Assembly: GCA_951406725.2 (NCBI GenBank)
Contig: OX597830.1
Span: forward strand, 47,554,001 to 47,618,000
Reading direction: 5' to 3'
Source: Octopus vulgaris
Taxonomy: Eukaryota
DNA length: 64,000 nucleotides
Shown: in pieces, positions 37,901 to 51,259 of the stretch
Layout of the letters: every line of letters starts with the position of its first letter
How positions within the stretch are numbered: position 1 is the stretch's first letter
Program-made: the position numbers and the translations under genes
Notes under the pieces: model-generated
What the model was told of the DNA's origin: nothing
The model's database searches: none
Seen by the model: only the letters and a program-made list of their open reading frames with translations

Positions 37901-40900
37901 AAAAGAGATGAGTTTTTTGCAGAAGAATTTGTTAAAACCATGTCTACTATTATTTGATTTCCAAATACAAAAAATGTCCAAGCCTGCAATATCCAAATTC
38001 CCACTTTTTATAGCTAAGGCTGCTACTTGTCTCTTGGTCAAATAAAACTAACAAAAAAAACTCACAGATTGCTAACTGTGACCAAAGGCTAAGCATCAAA
38101 GATAACAATCATACAGCAGTGGTGTGTTGCTCTTGTAGATTTCTCAAAACCATATCTCAACTGCTAAAGTTGATTTATGGGTTTCTCTTAACTTGATGCT
38201 CACATATTAATGCCATTCTGATGGTAATTAATGAAGATTACTGCTACTACATACATCTCTCTTTTCAAACCAACCTGCTCGACACTGCTCCTGGTTCTGT
38301 TGCTTTCAGACTTCATGGTTTGAAATAATCTAAATTAGAAATTCCCATCAGAATTTCAGGTCGTCTCTCAAATACCAACTTAACAGTTAATTTCACTGAA
38401 TTCTGGGTCTAAATTAATTGAAACAAAGGCATTGTGTGTGCTAATCAGACCACAGTGAGTGTTGTACCAAAGGAGAAATTCACAATTTGTTAAATATATC
38501 TCAAGAGTTACTTTGATTTTGAAAGGTTTAAAATGGTTTTCAATTTTAAACTGGGCAAAAAACGTTTTATGTTTGTGATTTCGCAAACTTCTATTATTTT
38601 CTTCGTATTAACCCTGAAATGCTATTTCTATGTTTTCACTTTCATGTTTGGTTTATGTTTTAATAAAAGGATGAAGATTGATCGACGTCGAAGACTATCT
38701 CGAAAGTACAGTCCATGTCTGCAGTTGAAATCATCTCCTTTTTCTCTCATCAAGACTCCTTTGAAACTGAGTGGATATCGGAGGAGCTCTGCTGCTGCTG
38801 CTGTTAAACGTAAGGAACTTTAATAGTTTTTCTATGTCAGTTTGAATGAAAAAGCAGTTTCCAGAGAAAGAGTTTACATAGACACGTAATCTCTGTTATG
38901 TAGCTTTTATTTTAAAGTGTTTTCACATCTTTTTTTCTTTCAGTGATAACCTTAGATGGGAAAGGTTTTTCAATTGTTTAAACTTAAGCCATTTCATACA
39001 AAGGTAGTAGCAAGAACATACTTTTAGTTGAGCTTAATCTGTGTTGTTTCAAATATATTAGGTTGTCCCAAAAGTTCGTAAACACTTGCGAAAATCGAAT
39101 TTTTACTTGCCAAGTACTAACAAAAACAACAAAAATTATTCCTCAAAATAAAGACCATTATTTTCCAAGACTTTCTACGAACTTTTGGGACAACCTTATA
39201 CTTCTAAGAATTACAAGACCACTCCCCCACTCTCTCTCTCTCTCCCTAGCACTTTGATTAAGCCTTCGTTATATCTTATCTTTTATCTTTCTTTTCTACA
39301 GGTGCCCACTTTAGTAAATTTAACAGCCTGAAAACTATTACAGTACGGGGAGTGAAATTTCATGTGGAAGCTGGTGGGAAGACACTCCGTCGAATGAATA
39401 CCAAAACTGGGTCAGGTAGTTATGTGGATTGAAATGCTTTGTTTCTGAGTGCTAAATGTTTCATTTGTGAGCAGAGTATCAAATAAAAACTAACTCACCA
39501 TAATGTTTTTACAAAAATTTGAATTGTTATTTCATATTAGTTTTTCTTGTTGGTAATTTAGATATTTTTGCTCTGAGATTTTATTGCAGTAAGAAGAGGT
39601 AATAAGTTGCATACTTTTAATTACTTTTAATTGCAGGTTCTGTTTCTCGCTTGATGGGACTTAGAAAGCTGAATATTGCTGGTGTTGTGTATACTCAAAC
39701 ATCTGGTGGTATGTTGAAGAGAGTCGATAACCCAACAGTTGTTATGGCAAAGTGAGTTTATTGTCTTCTCTCATAATTTTATAAATATATTAAGTAAAAT
39801 CGGGCCATAAATCTCTCATTTCAAGCTGTTCCTTTTAATCTTTCATGACTGAATTTTTAATTGAAATAGGGTGTATTAACTTAATCCTTAAACCTGAATT
39901 TTAGATTTGTTTTTTAAGGTTACTCTAACTTCATTAAAAGATGCTTGCTTTTATTTAGAAACTTGAAAATAGAAATACATTCTTGAGTTTAAAAAATTTT
40001 TTTTTGGTGAAATTGCTTTATATTCCTTTGTAAAACCTCTTAGATTTTAGAAAATTACTATTTTAAAATCTCACGAGAGATATTCAGCAACAGTACTTTG
40101 TAGTAAAGATATTTTGCCAACATAACATGGCAGTCCTGGTTTAAGATGAATGTTGCTGTAATTTAGCCCCAGGAGACATCATTTCCAGCTGGCTATACAA
40201 CACGATCTATGTTCTTGTATTTTCGAACAAGGGAATCTAGCACCCCCACTCAGCTAGATTTCCTTGTTCAATGAAAGGAAATAACCTGGAAATCGCGATA
40301 CACAGATATTGTTTTGAAATGAGTTGGGGTGCTAGATTCCCTTATTCGAAAATATAAGGACACAGATCGTATCGTATAGCCAGCTGGAGACGATGTCTCC
40401 TGGGACTAAATTACAGCAACATTCGAACTAAACCAAGGGTGCCATGTTATGTTGGCAAACCATCTTTAACCTTAGATTTTGTGACTTCTTTTTAGAGAAA
40501 TTACAAGGAACAAGTTGATTTTGTATCATTGGTAGAGGCTCGACCATCTGTTAGATGTACGTCTACCTGCTGATTGCAGTGTGTCTAATAAAGGCAGGAA
40601 GATCAATTAGGTAATAAAGCATCAAGCCACCTGGCAACTGGTGAATTGTTAAAATGGTTCGGGTCTTGGGTTGAACTATCTTTCAAAATACGTTCTTCCT
40701 TCCATCTTTGCATTTGATTTTACTCTTTGTTTGTAAAGTTTAAATGTTATTTCTTTCATGACTGATTCTTTTCTTGTTTATTTTAGTCGTGTGGTCACTC
40801 GAAGTATTGCCACGGCCGCAGCCAGGCTACGGAAAGGTTATTCAAAGCCGCCAGCACAGAAGCCGTGTCTGTTTTATAATCGATTTGGAAAGTGTAACAA

Positions 40901-43086
40901 GGGAAACAAATGTCCTTACGTTCACGATCCAAAGAAAATAGCCGTCTGCTATCGGTAAGTGAGTGTGTGTGTGCAGGGTTGGCTGAGTATGTGAAAAAAA
41001 GACTATTTGTAATTCAAAGGCCCAGCTTTTGCTTGTAATTTACATCGAGTACAACTGTTTGTGGTATACTCAGTAACTTGCACGATAATGAATAAGTAGT
41101 TCCAGTGATTGATAAATTAGTAATTATTGTCAAACCGACAGAATATCCATTTGCTTTGAGTGTGTGTTGTAACTATCTTCTTGTCTTCTGTTTCTGGTTC
41201 TAAAATATCACCTTTCTCCATCAGAATGATTCGAGGCGGTTGTAAAGTAGAAAACTGCCCATTCTACCATCAGCTTTCAAAGGAGAAGATGCCGAGCTGT
41301 TCTTACTTCCTGAAAGGCCAGTGCAATCGGGATAACTGTATCTATCCACATGTCAAAGTGAATAAAAATGCCATCATTTGCGAAGACTTCCTCAATGGCT
41401 ATTGTAGTTTAGGAGAGAAGGTAAGTTGGTCGAGTTACCTCCCTTGACGCGTGTATGATGTCAGCATTTTATATGGAAAATATTAAAACAATTTTTTTTC
41501 AGTTGGTTGATGCTTTCCCTTTAATTTTGAAAGGTTCTTTCTGTATTTAAGCTGTGGAAATAAATAGGCAAGCAATTTTAAGTGTTATGTTTTATAGAAT
41601 CTTTAAAATTAAGCATTTTATATATTGTTCCATTGGCTAAGAACTGGCCTTGCTAAGAACATTTAATAGTTTTGCTATCACAGTTAAGAAAAAAAACAAA
41701 AAAACTATCACTTTTTTTACTCTAATTATTTTTAATTTTCAATTTCTAAATTTCTGAATCAACATTTGTTGATGAGATATGGAATGAACCAGAATACATA
41801 GAACAATCCATTATGAAATAGGTGTTGCCAAGTTGAAAGCTTAAAGCTGTGGACGTGTTGATTAGGATTAAGATGATCTTTGTTGGTACATTTATGATTT
41901 CATATAAGATGATTACAATCCAAATGATATTTGAATTGGTTTTGTTTTGTTTCTTTTTAATCAAAAACCTAATTAGCCTTACCTCTAAAATTATATGTGG
42001 ATGTGTCTTACTAAATTAATTACTAACTCAATTGATGTTTTCTTTTTACTTAGGTTCAAAGTTTCACATTTCTAGGTGAAGAGACGTGACATTTGTACCC
42101 TTATTTTTTTCAAAGGATATTAGCAACATAATTGGAATGGATCTAGCAGAAGATCTTTGTTCAGTCCGATTCTCTTAAGAACATAAGTTTATATCAACAA
42201 CTCTTGCTCCATCCAGTTTGTTCTCCGATTTTGTACTTTTAATAGCCTCACTGTTGTTCTTCTCTGTTCACCCCTAGATATTTGAATTTTTATTTTGTCA
42301 TCCAAAGATGACATGAATTTCCCCCGTTTCATGATATAAGGAAATTGAAAGAATTTTTTTTTTACCCCTCTTCTGTCTCATAACTTTTGACTATGCAAGG
42401 ATTTGCACTTAGCATAATAAAATAACCAAATACCCATTAATTATATACAATAGCAATGTTATGGTAAAGGACTCATCGACCGGTGATGTCTAATTTACTG
42501 ATAGGTAAACTAAGTTCATTGAAAGAAGTGTTTTTCCTGCTAAACAAAACAACAGTAATTTTAGGGTGTACAGAATTGGTCCTTTCTGTGTGGTTTGTTG
42601 TCATGACTATCAGTCTGTTGATATTATCTGTAGCCTGTTTTAACAATTGCTTCAATTCTTTGGCTCCCTTTTAATGTTCCAGTGTACTCGGAAGCATTCC
42701 CTTGTTTGTCAGAAATTCCGTGAGAATCAAGTTTGTAGCCACCATGCCTGTAAGTTCAATAGCCGTAAGAAGATCTCCAAAGACGGCCCAGGAAAATCTA
42801 AAACTGTTGTGGTGAAGCGGAAAAGAACGTAAGTTGACAGATTTCATTTTTGGCTTGGGCTCAGCCTCGTTTTGTAACAGCGTACCAGCCTTCGTTACCA
42901 TGTTTTATTTAGGCTTCCTATTACTGGAATGAAAAGTAGAGGGGGTGGGAAGTGTAGCAGGGAGTGTATGTATTTATTTCTGTTGATTGTCTCTGTTTTA
43001 CACATAATAATGTCTATTGCAACATTCTGCATAGGTAAGGATGGAACGATACTATGGAAATACATTTCATAAACCTAGAATATGCA

Positions 43087-43120
<34 letters not shown>

Positions 43121-43470
43121 CATTTGAAAAATACACAAATATGATTTGTTGAACTTTATACATGTTGGATTTCAGCCGAGCGTTCTGTATCTAGTTCTAG
43201 AAATTGTGTTTCGTAAACGACAGACTATGCTGATGATCTTGCAGATGTTTGCGTATCCATATACCTAAATGTTAACAAGTGAAACTAATTAGTACATAGG
43301 TAATCGTTTTTTTTCATTTCGTATATTTTCATTTGTCTTGCTTATTTTTACACTTTAGTTTTTTGCTGAATTTTTTCTTGAGAACACATTCTTCATGGAA
43401 AATGGCGATTTTGATGTCTATATCTAGCATATAGGCTGTCCATTTTTTTAGTCGTCAGTCCTCTAAATTT

Positions 43471-43521
<51 letters not shown>

Positions 43522-44116
43522 GTGTATTTTAAGATTTGTTTAATCCTACACTTTTATGAAATATTCTTTTAAAATGAGTTTAAAAAAATCTTATATACTA
43601 TAAATTAGAGATCATGTGATTTTATTCACTGATCTGCAACTTTATGGCTGCAGCTGCCAGTAGCTGTGACTGGTGCAGCTGCAGTCAGTATTAGCTGTAA
43701 ATGTGCACTTGTTACTAATTGCACAGTTTTAGCCAGTGTTAGCCAGTTGTTTTTGTGACTGGAGCCAAGTAGTCTTGCAACTGTTTTGGGTGAATTGTTA
43801 ATATTTTTCAGGAACTCCAAGTCTTCTACAGCAGCAAAATGCCGTGTAACAAAGAAAAGCTTCCCAGAAGAATTGGCCAGTCTGTCGTTTATTTCATTGG
43901 TCAACTCCTCCGATGAATCACTGCTGGACACTTCAACTACTTCCAATACGAATGAAATGAAATCACCCAGTAAGGCTTTTGTCTTTTCTTTTTAATTTTG
44001 TCTCCCTTTTTTCAAGCACGTCTTAGTATTTACACACAAAACTCTTCTTTTCGTGTTATGATTGTTTTTTATCATTGCTTTCAGAAGAGACCCTACGTAT
44101 CAAGCCTCGCCTTTGA
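28859..44116 (+). CDS. ZC3H3: Zinc finger CCCH domain-containing protein 3, 11 exons, 829 aa: 28859-28934, 32708-33988, 37809-37872, 38670-38809, 39302-39415, 39637-39751, 40787-40954, 41225-41420, 42683-42828, 43812-43969, 44085-44116
   Basis: All introns GT-AG with matching phases; exon sum 2490 nt is divisible by 3. N-terminal KILKQEISKLSGLI, CLFYNRFGKCNKGNKCPYVHDPKKIAVC, tandem CCCH fingers, SFISL motif and C-terminal LRIKPRL* match my recollection of vertebrate ZC3H3. Exons 3-4 are less certain than the finger exons. Confidence 0.9.
35932..36826. mobile_element. Long foldback (palindromic MITE-like) element in ZC3H3 intron 2, with a retroposon inserted in its right arm
   Basis: Arms 35932-36207 and 36210-36426 plus 36781-36826 are reverse complements; centre gggtgtgtagg-tg-cctacacaccc. 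Confidence 0.85.
36427..36780 (-). mobile_element. Retroposon 3' end with (GAT)n tail and internal gtgcttttTACGTGCCACC repeats; copies at 34640-34815 (-), 37340-37748 (+) and 44740-45052 (+)
   Basis: Shared terminus ccgtccaacccatgctagcatggaaagcggacgttaaatgatgat. Confidence 0.72.
40072..40468. mobile_element. Foldback/MITE with ~150-bp inverted arms in ZC3H3 intron 6
   Basis: 40104-40252 is the reverse complement of 40320-40468. Confidence 0.82.
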
Positions 44117-44679
44117 ATTGTAAAGTAACACTGCAGGTACTTTGTTTCCTTTTATTTTATTCTCAATAATAATTAGGATTGGAAGAAGGGTTTATGCAGA
44201 AATGAAGGGAGGGAAAGACAATTCAACTCAAGTATTTGTTTCTAAGTGTGCTGCAAAAGAATTGTTGTTGTTGTTGCTTGTGTCTGTGAAAGAAAAATTG
44301 GGGAGAGAAATTGATTTTCCTATTCTGATGTTATTCATTCACAAACTTTAAGATTCCTTTGTAACTTTAATGTCTCTTGACACGAGCCTTCCTTTAGACA
44401 GGACATGGGTGACTTTTTCTCTGGACAATGTTCTGTCTTAAACCTAATTGAGGAATTCCGCTCCGCGGTATAATCCTAGTTATTCCATCCATGTGATAAC
44501 CTCATGTAGATGTGTTTGACTTTTCATGGACAGTTGGTGATTAATCTTGTCCGAGATCATGTCTGGTGTGACAAGAAATAGATATGTTGCCTAGCGGCTT
44601 ATGTATTTCTCATGAAATGGCTACAACTGGGAATTGAGGATAAAATACGAACCTAGAGTCCTGGAAGCTTGACTCATTT

Positions 44680-44738
44680 CTCGGGTGTCGGAACCTCGGG
44701 TGTCGGAACCTCGGGTGTCGGAACCTCGGGTGTCGGAA
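44680..44738. repeat. 15-bp tandem repeat (CTCGGGTGTCGGAAC), about 4 units, downstream of the ZC3H3 stop
   Basis: Direct reading. Confidence 0.9.
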
Positions 44739-46459
44739 GGCACATCAAGCTAAGTAAAATTTGGGGTCCTCCATAGCTACGGGCTTGCACCTTTGCAGGT
44801 GCCAGTGACACGTAGAATGCACTCGTGCCAGGGCTGTGCAAATGCACTTGTGCTGGTGGCACGTAAAAAGCATGCGGCACATGCTGTGCAGTGATTGTCT
44901 TTAGGAAGGGCATCTGGCTGTAAGAGACTTGGCCAAAACAAACTATTGGAATCTGGACAGCCCACCCCACCCCACCGCACCCCTGCAGCTGGTCAGCTCC
45001 TATCAAACCGTCCAACCCATGCGAGCATGGAATACAGATGTTTGACGATGATGTGTTTGTCTCCCACCACTTAACTGGTGTTGGTGTGTTTATGTTCCTG
45101 TCACTTAGCAGTTTGGCAAAAGAAATCAATAGAATTGGTGCCAGACTTAACAAAATAAGTGCTGGGATTGATTCCTATGGCTAAAAATTCTTCAGGTTGA
45201 TGCCCCAGCATGGCCGCAGTCTAATGACAAAAGATACTGGTAAATTATTGGTTATATAAGGTTTACTTTTTATACTTTTTTTATTACTGGTCCTTTTCTC
45301 TCTTTCTCTTTTTTTTTCTTTCTTTCTTTTGCGATAAATAATTTTCTAGAATTGTTGATTGAATTTTAAGCTTTTAGCTGTTTAAAATATTTCTTGTGTG
45401 AAAAAAAGAGAAAAAAACCAAAATTTCTTTTTAACCACGCATATCGTGGTTGTTTCTTTTTTTCTGCTCTTTCCCACAGCCACGAAACCATTTTCTTGCC
45501 TTGAGTTGAACTTGAACCCTGGACATTACTGGTTTGTTTTTTTATTTTTTTTTTTCGCCTGCTAAAATTGGATTCCCTGGTTTGTACTTTGGTCTTCCAT
45601 ATGGAAGCCCTTTCTTTTTCCCTTCTTTTAAACATTCTTTATCCATCATTTCTTTAATTTCATTATTTCTAGTTTTTAACCTGTCCGACTTTTAAGACAG
45701 GTGATCTTCTCTTCGAAGAAGACTTGGCAAACATGAGTTAATCTTCATTATTTTATTAAGACCCTTTCTATTGTAGAATGACATTTAAAAGTTTTCTTCT
45801 CTTTTTTATTATCTTTTTTTTTTTTTGTTTTGGTTAGATCTGTTCATCTTAACCCCCCACCACCTGATATCTCTGCTGTAGCATGATTCTAAACTCCCAG
45901 AAAGCTCTTTAGATTCTCAATTATAGCAGTTGAAACTCAATACTCAGAGTTTTTGTATCTTAATTTAGATCATTATTTTTCTCTCCTAAAGTGTTAGTTT
46001 TTTATTCATTAAGCAAGTCTCTCCATTGCTTCATTTTTCTGTTGCCTTTAATTGAACATCATTGTGAGTGTGAATGCTTGAACTGAACAGTAATGCGGAC
46101 AAGTCTATCACGTTTCCACTGTTACTTCGTTTCCTCCCTCTTTCATTCTGAACAAAGCAAATTTTGTTACTTTCTCATCCTTTCATATTCATCTTCTTTT
46201 TTCTTGCTCAATTGGAAAATCTGAATTATTTACAAAAAACTTCCCTGTTCCACCATCTTTTTATATGATCCTAAAATAGGTTTAGTCTTGGATGATCAAT
46301 CCTTTATTTATTGATAATCTTGTTTAATGTAATTAGCAACAAAATCAACTGGACGCCAATAGAATGCCACTTTGGTAACCTTTTACACCAATTAAGGTCA
46401 AACGAGACAAAAGAAATATATGTATATATAAAAAAACTTATACACAAACACACATACTA

Positions 46460-46782
46460 AAAAATAAACAAATGGGTTTTTGTTTTTTACATGAAAACCT
46501 TTTAAAATTTTCTGTAATTTTTAGTATGAACTTTAAAAAGAAATGAAAAAAAGAGTGAAAATAAAGATTTAAAAAAGATACAGATGATTAAATAAAGATT
46601 ATTTAAGAACAAATATATTTGGCCGATTACTTATTGAAAAATTTAAAAGAAAAAAATTAAATGAAAATCTTGAGTTTGTAAAAAAATGTAAAAATGTATT
46701 GAATTTTGGAAAATAAAAACAATTGAAATATTTTTTGTTTTATGTTTTTTCCTTTAGTTTTGTTGAATAAAAAAAAAAAAAA
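46460..46782 (+). terminator. Cluster of AATAAA signals followed by U-rich sequence; candidate ZC3H3 polyadenylation region
   Basis: AATAAA near 46463, 46560, 46591, 46712 and 46766; the region is very AT-rich, so some may be chance matches. Confidence 0.4.
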
Positions 46783-47662
46783 TTGATCAATTTGTGTATA
46801 TTATTTTGTAATAGCTGTCTCTTTATTTTCTTGTTCATTATCCTTTTGTTTTTCATTTGCTTTAGTCATTGGACTGTGGCCATGCTGGGGCACTACCTTT
46901 CTAAAGTATTCTTCCATTTCTATCAGTTAATCCTGTTGGGGCCATGGTTCTAACAGAATATTTCTGTAAATGTTTCAAGTAATTTTGAAAGAAAAAATCA
47001 GCCATAAATGCAGGAGTGGCTGTGTGGTAAGTAGCTTGCTTACCAACCACATGGTTCTGAATTCAGTACCACTGCATGGCACAAGTATTAGGCTTACAAA
47101 GAATATGTACTGGGGTTGATTTGTTCAACTAAAGGCAGTGCTCCAGCATGGCTACAGTCAAATGACAAACAAAAGAAAAAAAAAATTGGAAATGAAGCCT
47201 CTGTGAAGAGATGACACAGAACCGAGTTGATTGGCAATTCTCTGTAGTTGAGAAAACCTGTTCATCTGAGCAAAAACGGAAAATTAGATACTTCTACATA
47301 GGTCAATGGTCCAATTGAATGCTAAAATGTGTCTGGAAGCCCAGTTTCATGTATCTCACCATTGAAAAGGGATTGTGGATCCAGAGGATTAAGCAGCACC
47401 AAGGGTCTGCATTGGATCCCATCCCATGGCATCTTGGGCTCGTGTCATTTATTCTGACTCGAGTCTTGTCAGAAACTGCATTGGATTCTTTTTTTTTTTT
47501 TCGTTTTCCAAAATCTGTAAAAGAACTTCTAATGTTATACTTAGGCTTAGAAGTCATGTGATTTCTTGATCATGAACTTCCTAATTGATGGGCACCGTAG
47601 GTAGGTATGATGTTGTGTACTTTTTTCTCATTCCTATTCATGAGGGAATGAAGATCGGAAGA

Positions 47663-48044
47663 TGGAGGTGCAATGGCCCAGTGGTTAGGGCAGCAGACTC
47701 GCGGTTTCGATTCCCAGACCGGGCGTTGTAAGTGTTTATTGAGCGAAAACACCTAAAAAAAGCTCCACGAGGCTCTGGCAGGGGGTGGTGGTGATCTCTG
47801 CTGTACTCTTTCACCACAACTTTCTCTCACTCTTACTTCCTGTTTCTGTTGTACCTGTATTTCAAGGGGCCGGCCTTGTCACTCTCTGTGTCACGCTGAA
47901 TATCCCCGAGAACTACGTTAAGGGTGCACGTGTCTGTGGAGTACTCAGCCACTTACACGTTAATTTCATGAGCAGGCTGTTCCGTAGATTCGAATCAACC
48001 GGAACTCTCATCGCCGTAACCGACGGAGTGAAAAAAAGAAAAAA
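47663..48044 (+). mobile_element. SINE family A with A-rich tail and 13-bp TSD
   Basis: TSD gaagatcggaaga at 47650-47662 and 48045-48057. Confidence 0.88.
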
Positions 48045-48212
48045 GAAGATCGGAAGACATTACATACTGCTTCTACTGTGAGCATTATGGATAACAACTC
48101 TAATGAAAACCTCTCTTGGATCAGTTTATTGAGCAATGAATGATTACCAGCTTGATACCAAAACCAAGAACTGTATTAATTTATAGATTAAAGAAGAGCA
48201 AATCTTTGGTTA

Positions 48213-48525
48213 TGTTAGTTAGTTAGTTAGTTAATTTGGCTCAAAAGCAAATAGCAAGGCCATGTAGGGGGACATGGAGTTAAGTACAGGGTGGTGTTCA
48301 TGTAAAGAGTTCAGGCCACTTGAAGTCAAGGGAGGCTTTGAACAAAGCGGTCGTCGGCATCTTCACCATCTCGTCGGGCAGCTTGTTCCACGGATCCGCA
48401 ACCCGGACGGAGAAAGCTCCTCTCCTTCAATTGAGATGAAATCGTCGCAGGTAGAGCTTTTCGGAATGACCCCGCAGCCGGCGCTCTGGAGCAGGAGTGA
48501 AGAACAGCTCTTTCGAGAGGTTATA
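48213..48525 (-). mobile_element. 3' end of a CR1-group LINE with (TAAC)n tail
   Basis: Minus translation FSVRVADPWNKLPDEMVKMPTTALFKASLD (CR1-like C-terminal motif) followed by (ctaa)n. Confidence 0.75.
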
Positions 48526-49239
48526 TTTGACCATTACTCTTCAGTGATACCAAGTGCTCTGTTAAGATTAATGGTCAGGTTTAAGGGAAACTGCTTTGTA
48601 TCATTACAAGAGTTTGTGGCCTCCATTCTTTGTGCAACCCAACTTCTGAATTGAAAAGAAGTACGTGAGAAACAAGGAAGTCAGTGGAGTCAATAGAGCA
48701 ATGCAGACCATGGGCCAGACTGGAGCATTTATGGAGGATAGCCACAATAGGAAGAAAGACGGAATAATTTGTGGAGAATGGATTTCTCCTCAGACTGATG
48801 CAAAATGGTACTTTCATTCCTGTTCAGTCTTAAGAGATGGGACTGGGGGATACTTGGATAACATGCAAGTCATTAGAAGCAGAATAGTTTCAAAGCTGTA
48901 ATCAATTCCAGAATGTTCTTGTTGGTGCAACGAATCTGCAATCCAGCATCATCAGTTGGGATCAAGAACAACATGTGGGTGCATCGTATGGGTGGCGCAG
49001 GAACATAAGCAAAAGAACGCTAATATCTAGACTTGAAACACTGTAATGACTGGAAGGTGGAGGGCAGTTGCACTTAACAGGCATATTGCAACAATGTAAG
49101 GGAATTTATGGAATGGTTCCACATGACAAATCACAAGTACTCATTCATTAGTTGGCATCTAAGAGAAAGCTGTGTAGAGTGTGTATGTATATATATATGT
49201 ATGTATATACATATTTATACACACACACATATATATATA

Positions 49240-49525
49240 TATCACGTGATCACGTGACCGACCAGACCATCAGATGTTTTACACATCGCTGGTCACAATG
49301 CGTTCGCATTGTTTTAACATTCGAATGACGCCACCCCGCTGGCTAAGCGAGCAGGCCAACAGAAGAGTGAGAGAAAGAGTGGTGAAAGAGTACAGCAGGG
49401 ATTACCACCCCCTGCCGGAGAATCGTGGAGCTTTTAGGTGTTTTTGCTCAATAAACACTCACAACGCCCGGTCTGGGAATCGAAACCGCGAGTCCGCTGC
49501 CCTAACCACTAGGCCATTGCGCCTC

Positions 49526-49527
<2 letters not shown>
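49240..49527 (-). mobile_element. SINE with a family A head and a different 3' body
   Basis: Head identical to family A; tail (gcgcattgtgaccagcga...gtcacgtgatcacgtgat) is shared with fragments near 14290-14420 and 25340-25445. Confidence 0.7.
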
Positions 49528-49584
<57 letters not shown>

Positions 49585-49692
49585 TCAAATGTGAATGAGT
49601 AGCAGCACGAGTGTTGTAAACACTCATATTCGATGAATGTTTCCCTGCTTGTCCGCCAGTGGACTGTGATTTGATGCGGTGAAGATGATTCT

Positions 49693-49752
<60 letters not shown>

Positions 49753-51259
49753 CATACACACACGTGTGTATGTGTGTGTATGTGTGTGTGTGTGTGTGTG
49801 TGTGTAAGAAAGATGGTAACTCACTTCGTTGCTATTAAAGTTTCTTGATCGATGCAATCCTTCAGATGACAGCATGAATGATATGGTTAAGGCTACAGTA
49901 TAAGTGAGTACCCCGTATGTTGTTTTCAAGGACTTGATCAGATCATGTGGTGACATGAGTGTAAGTCCTTAAGTAAATTGGCTATTTACTGAGGGGATAT
50001 CTCTGTTGTTCCTAAAGGGGTTTACTCTACAGATTACTTTTGATAATAGACGATATTGACACGGTTTTAAAACTCAGTAAACAAGGCATGCCCATTGGTT
50101 TAGATTTTCAAACTCAATCTCTTTGACTAATACGATTAAAAAACTCAAAAGAGTCTCTAGTGTCGCAATGAAGTGAAACAGTGTCGGAAGAGCTACACAT
50201 TGCAGAAACAGAATACGACAGTGCAGCATAGGTATTGCAGAGAAACATCAAATCTTATCGGCCACATATGACTCATCAAACTGAAGCCATATGTATCTCT
50301 CTACTTGTCTCCAGACGAAATGTATCTCAGTGAATTTGAAACCCAAATAGGTTAACATTACGTTCCATCAAAATATATATTTGCCATCTTGAAGAATCAA
50401 CTTGTGGATTTCAGTATTACCATTACTTAAACCTACACAGGAGATGCCCTTTATAGACAACAAGAAACTGCTCTTCAGTTTTGGGGAGCAGGCACCCGAC
50501 GCCGCTCGGTTTAACATCGTCTTCTAGCTCATGGGTACTTTTAGCAGAATTCAACCAGTTGCAATCGTACGGGATGATGGCGGAGCGCTGTCCTGATTTC
50601 ACATCACACCGACACCAACTTCCATTTAATGCCATAAAATATAATGGAATCGCAGTTGACGAATTTAATTCGTTCTTGAAGGTCGTTCGTTACTTGAAAT
50701 GTTCGTAAACTGAAACTATTCTTTCCATAGGAAAGTCAAATGAAAGCATGGCGAATTCGAACAGCAACGTGCACTGAGCTAAAACTAGACAGCAACTGAC
50801 AATCTCTCGCTGATATTCTTAACTTGTCGGCTTGCGTGTTCGTTACTCAAGACAAAAGGGTTGGGTGGGGTGTATATCAATATTTATACACTAGAGTATT
50901 ATAGATCCATTTTAGGCGATTTTGCCAATCGGTTTCCCAGACTCTCTACAGAAAGGTTGGTAGGAAGAGTATGGAGAAGGTTCTCTGCTACTGGGGATCA
51001 GAAAGTGCTACATCCAGTTTATGGAAATTGTGAAAAACCAGAAGGAAAAATACCCGTGGGACAAGTTCGGAGAGGAAATTCATCGAGAGTTATTCCCCTT
51101 GCATAAGGCTCAGCGTATTTTCACGTTGTTAGGTGTAACTTAGCTGCAGAGTGGGTTTATGGCTTTGACAGCACAAACAGGAATAAAATGAGAGGTTTGT
51201 GTGTTAGTAGGATGTGATGTGTGGGGTTTACGGTGGAATGGAGACTATAGAAGGGGAGG

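Noticed and set aside
43030-43260. Possible extra ZC3H3 exons (AG at 43034 and 43175)
   Set aside because: Both give early stops in the phase required by exon 9, whereas direct joining of 42828 to 43812 is in frame.
44680-44738. Short regular repeats as a CRISPR-like array (also the gtgcttttTACGTGCC repeats at 36580-36780)
   Set aside because: No unique spacers of constant length, no cas genes, eukaryotic retroposon context.
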